DNA of 63,688 bases, counting the filler, from an uncultured Chlamydiae bacterium (GTDB lineage Bacteria; Chlamydiota; Chlamydiia; Chlamydiales; SM23-39), in assembly GCA_937899275.1 (NCBI GenBank). It is 4 parts of 4 records of this genome, joined end to end, with 100 filler letters (N's around TTAATTAATTAA, not from the genome) between each part and the next. Parts side by side here need not be neighbours in the genome. Positions count along the whole stretch, not along the records: positions 60,353 to 62,539 come from CALBPE010000038.1; positions 62,640 to 63,688 come from CALBPE010000050.1; 2 more parts are not named here. One strand, given 5' to 3'. Shown here one piece after another: positions 61,061 through 63,688 of the stretch (positions are counted from its first letter, which is position 1; each line of letters opens with the position of its first letter). The position numbers and the translations under genes were made by a program. Below the pieces are notes generated by a model. That model was not told where the DNA came from and ran no database searches. It worked only from the letters and a program-made list of their open reading frames with translations.

Positions 61061-61639
61061 TTATCCTTGGTTTAAGGGATTTGTTATCGGACGCTCATCT
61101 CTCCATGTAACCGATCGTCGTTGCTTCTGCCTCGTTTGAGTAGAGGACCTAGGAGAAGGGGTAGCGCTCCTCGATCTAATTTGAGTAGAGGACCTAGGAG
61201 AAGGGTTAGCGCTCCTCGATCTAATTTGAGTAGAAGACCTAGGAGAAGGAGTAGCGCTCCTCGATGAGGACTCATCACTGCTATTTCCATTTACTGTAGA
61301 TGCCGCAGGAGATAGACGTAGCGAGGAACGTAGCGCCGGTTTGCGCAATAGCGCTTTTGCCCTTATAAGTGTTTCTTTTGCGATTTTTGTTATAGTTTTG
61401 GATTCGGTTAATCTTCCAAATTTTACAGGCTGTTTATTCATGAGCTTCAATCCTTCATACACAACATAAGCTCCTGTAAGAAGTAGCCCAATTTTCCAAG
61501 AAACATAAATAGTAAAAAAGGCGATAGCAAAAAGTAGAATAATTTTTGCCTGGATATACCACCAGCTTTTACTTGTGGGTAGTTTCGGTTGTGGCTTAGT
61601 AGGGACAGGCCCAGACGAACGATTATAAACTGGACTCAT
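61061..61639 (-). CDS. Inc-like membrane protein with Ser/Arg/Pro repeat tail
   Basis: About 40-aa bilobed hydrophobic segment; RSA(T/N)PSPRSSTQ three times; GGAG RBS. Confidence 0.8.
   Translation of the reverse strand: MSPVYNRSSGPVPTKPQPKLPTSKSWWYIQAKIILLFAIAFFTIYVSWKIGLLLTGAYVVYEGLKLMNKQPVKFGRLTESKTITKIAKETLIRAKALLRKPALRSSLRLSPAASTVNGNSSDESSSRSATPSPRSSTQIRSRSANPSPRSSTQIRSRSATPSPRSSTQTRQKQRRSVTWRDERPITNPLNQG
61135..61265. repeat. 45-bp coding tandem repeat, about 2.9 copies
   Basis: Unit TTTGAGTAGAGGACCTAGGAGAAGGGGTAGCGCTCCTCGATCTAA starts at 61135, 61180 and 61225. Confidence 0.95.
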
Positions 61640-61662
61640 AACTTTTCTCCTTTGTTGGGAGG

Positions 61663-62325
61663 TTATTCCTCATTTGCGCGGACAAAATGTGTATCTTCCG
61701 TATCCGCATTAATCAAAATTTGTTCTTGCGAAGCAAACCATTCTGTATTTTTTCCGACAATAATGGGATCGGACACTTCCCAGGCTTTTAATAATGCGTT
61801 TTGATCATCTTCGTTGACCTTCCAGCGAGAACCATCATCTAATAAGATGGTACCTTCTGCTAGATCTAAGCTGGCTACCCACCGGGTATATTCTCCTGTA
61901 TGAGCAGGACCAACTTTGAGGTCTACTTCTATTGATGAAGAATCAGTGGTATTCATGATCACATATTGGTAGTTAGAAAACCAGCTGCGATTTTGCGTTA
62001 TCAGCACAATATCTACGCCGATCTTCCAGTATTGCAATTTCCATTGATCTTTAGGATTGACGCTCCACTTGCAATCGTCTTCTGTATAAATGACATCTCC
62101 AAGGCGGGAAATTTTTTTGATCCAATGGTAATGTTGAGGATAGACATCGCCAGAATAAGATACATCATGAGCATGTTCTTTCGGAAAACCATTTTCTAAA
62201 GTGAAGAAAGGGACAGGGGATTGGCTATTGAAAGAATCGTTGCGTTCTTTGAGATTCCCGTATAAAACTGTTGGTACAAAAGCGGTAATGGAGAGCAGAG
62301 TAGTAAGTGCAGATGATATGTTCAT
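61663..62325 (-). CDS. Exported hypothetical protein with internal duplication
   Basis: Signal peptide from ATG 62325 (GAGG RBS); two D-D-x-x-x-W-x-V...W...N-x-x-W-F-like repeats. Confidence 0.78.
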   Translation of the reverse strand: MNISSALTTLLSITAFVPTVLYGNLKERNDSFNSQSPVPFFTLENGFPKEHAHDVSYSGDVYPQHYHWIKKISRLGDVIYTEDDCKWSVNPKDQWKLQYWKIGVDIVLITQNRSWFSNYQYVIMNTTDSSSIEVDLKVGPAHTGEYTRWVASLDLAEGTILLDDGSRWKVNEDDQNALLKAWEVSDPIIVGKNTEWFASQEQILINADTEDTHFVRANEE

Positions 62326-62539
62326 GAATGTCCTCAAAACAGTGATGTACTTCAATAGAAGCGTTTATAAATTGCGTAAAGCATACCAATTCAAACCTTT
62401 TTTTTACAAGTTTTTCAGTAATATTCTAATTGATTCTGTAATTTGATGCTTAATTATATAAAATTAAATATTGTTTGCCATCTTTTTATAAATTGTTTTT
62501 TAAATTTTTTTTTTAATTTAAATATTTCATTTCCATTTT

Positions 62540-62639
62540 NNNNNNNNNNNNNNNNNNNNNNNNNNNNNNNNNNNNNNNNNNNNTTAATTAATTAANNNNN
62601 NNNNNNNNNNNNNNNNNNNNNNNNNNNNNNNNNNNNNNN
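62540..62639. other. Contig spacer
   Basis: N run with TTAATTAATTAA. Confidence 0.98.
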
Positions 62640-63572
62640 ATTCATTTACGAGTATCTAAAATGCCTTTAGAGGATATCCCTTTGATGAAAAAAGGCGCTT
62701 TTCATATCAGTTATTACGATGCTTTTCAGGATCATTTGCATACAGAAGCCTTTTTAAAACATGAGCTTACATCAGTTAGTATACAAATGATCCCTAGAAC
62801 GACTTTAGCGCAAAAAATGGACGCTCTTTCTTCTCAGGCGAGTTTAGCTGGCTACGCTGCAGTGATTTTAGGGGCAAGCGCTCATACGAAAGTTCTTCCA
62901 ATGATGACTACTCCTTCTGGGACCATTGTTCCTGCGAATGTTCTTGTCATCGGTGTTGGCGTTGCAGGGCTGCAAGCGATTGCTACGGCTAAGCGCTTGG
63001 GAGCCAACGTATATGCTTTTGATACAAGTCCTGTTGTAGAAGAGCAGGTAAAATCTTTAGGCGCAAAATTCATCAAGATTGATTTAGGCTCAACTTCTCA
63101 AACAAAAGATGGATATGCTGTAGCTCTTTCAGAAGAGCAGATGATAAAACTCCAATTGGAAATGGAAAAGGTTGCTGCTAAATCAGATCTGATCATCACT
63201 ACTGCGGCTCTTTTTGTAAGAAAGGCTCCCTTGATCATCAAAAAAGGCATGTTAAAAAAAATCCGAAAAACGCCATCTCCGGTGATTGTAGATATGGCTG
63301 TAGAAACAGGTGGCAATGTGGAGGGGAGCGTTTTAGGGGAAACGGTAGAGATCCATGGAGTGAAAATCATTGGCCCTAAAAACCTGCCTGGATATGTAGC
63401 TCATGACGCAAGCCGTATGTACTCAGCAAACCTCTATGAGCTTTTAGCTCATCTTTCTTCAGAGCAAGGCTTTGAGCCAAATTTTAAAGATCCGATTTTT
63501 TCTCCAACGGTGATTACTCACTCGGGTGAAATCATCCATGAAAAAATTGCGCAACTTCAAGGAGCTCTTTAA
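62640..63572 (+). CDS. pntA: NAD(P) transhydrogenase subunit alpha part 1 (5'-partial)
   Basis: MDALSSQASLAGY, GVGVAGLQAIATAKRLGA, DGYA and GGNVE motifs. Confidence 0.93.
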   Translation: MHLRVSKMPLEDIPLMKKGAFHISYYDAFQDHLHTEAFLKHELTSVSIQMIPRTTLAQKMDALSSQASLAGYAAVILGASAHTKVLPMMTTPSGTIVPANVLVIGVGVAGLQAIATAKRLGANVYAFDTSPVVEEQVKSLGAKFIKIDLGSTSQTKDGYAVALSEEQMIKLQLEMEKVAAKSDLIITTAALFVRKAPLIIKKGMLKKIRKTPSPVIVDMAVETGGNVEGSVLGETVEIHGVKIIGPKNLPGYVAHDASRMYSANLYELLAHLSSEQGFEPNFKDPIFSPTVITHSGEIIHEKIAQLQGAL

Positions 63573-63688
63573 TGCAAATCGCTGTTTTACTCGCATTTAT
63601 TTTGATGTTATCCACATTTTTGGGATTCGAGCTGATTATAAAGGTTCCTTCCACTTTGCATTCGCCTCTTATGTCAGGTGCAAATGCT
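63572..63688 (+). CDS. NAD(P) transhydrogenase subunit alpha part 2 (3'-partial)
   Basis: Manual translation MQIAVLLAFILMLSTFLGFELIIKVPSTLHSPLMSGANA. Confidence 0.92.
   Translation, partial: MQIAVLLAFILMLSTFLGFELIIKVPSTLHSPLMSGANA

Noticed and set aside
61135..61265. CRISPR array
   Set aside because: The repeats are contiguous with no unique spacers, are a multiple of 3 and lie within a CDS; no cas genes are present.
30338..62639. Three copies of TTAATTAATTAA flanked by N runs, as a biological repeat or att site
   Set aside because: This is an artificial six-frame-stop linker used to join contigs; gene adjacencies across it (hemL-pdhB, spoIID-permease) carry no meaning.

Overview
Draft genome sequence of an environmental Chlamydiota bacterium. 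Four contigs are joined by 100-bp N/TTAATTAATTAA spacers at 30338-30437, 60253-60352 and 62540-62639, so adjacency across these is not real. The chlamydial call rests on gene order: lpxD-skp-bamA-recR / fabH-fabD-fabG-acpP next to a cNMP-binding gene and a transporter-HEAT gene, trxB-acpS, ssb-pepA, and an LcrH/SycD-translocator cluster. Housekeeping genes include mlaEFD, tamAB, hemL, pdhBC, corA, lgt, rlmH, mazG, spoIID-like, pntA and an SRP (4.5S) RNA absent from the ORF track. Most notable: (1) a T3SS chaperone/translocator-like cluster whose first and last genes share a duplicated promoter/RBS (55/68 nt identical) and N-terminal module; (2) an Inc-like membrane protein with 45-bp Ser/Arg/Pro repeats and an RVxF PP1-docking-like motif; (3) an unannotated 53-aa OmcA-like Cys lipoprotein; (4) a transporter-HEAT / cNMP / HAMP-PP2C-like putative signalling operon; (5) a two-repeat orphan gene after acpP. 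Ten in-frame stops with no frameshift interrupt eight genes, including ssb and tamB; these are most likely consensus substitution errors. No CRISPR array, tRNA, rRNA or IS element was seen.
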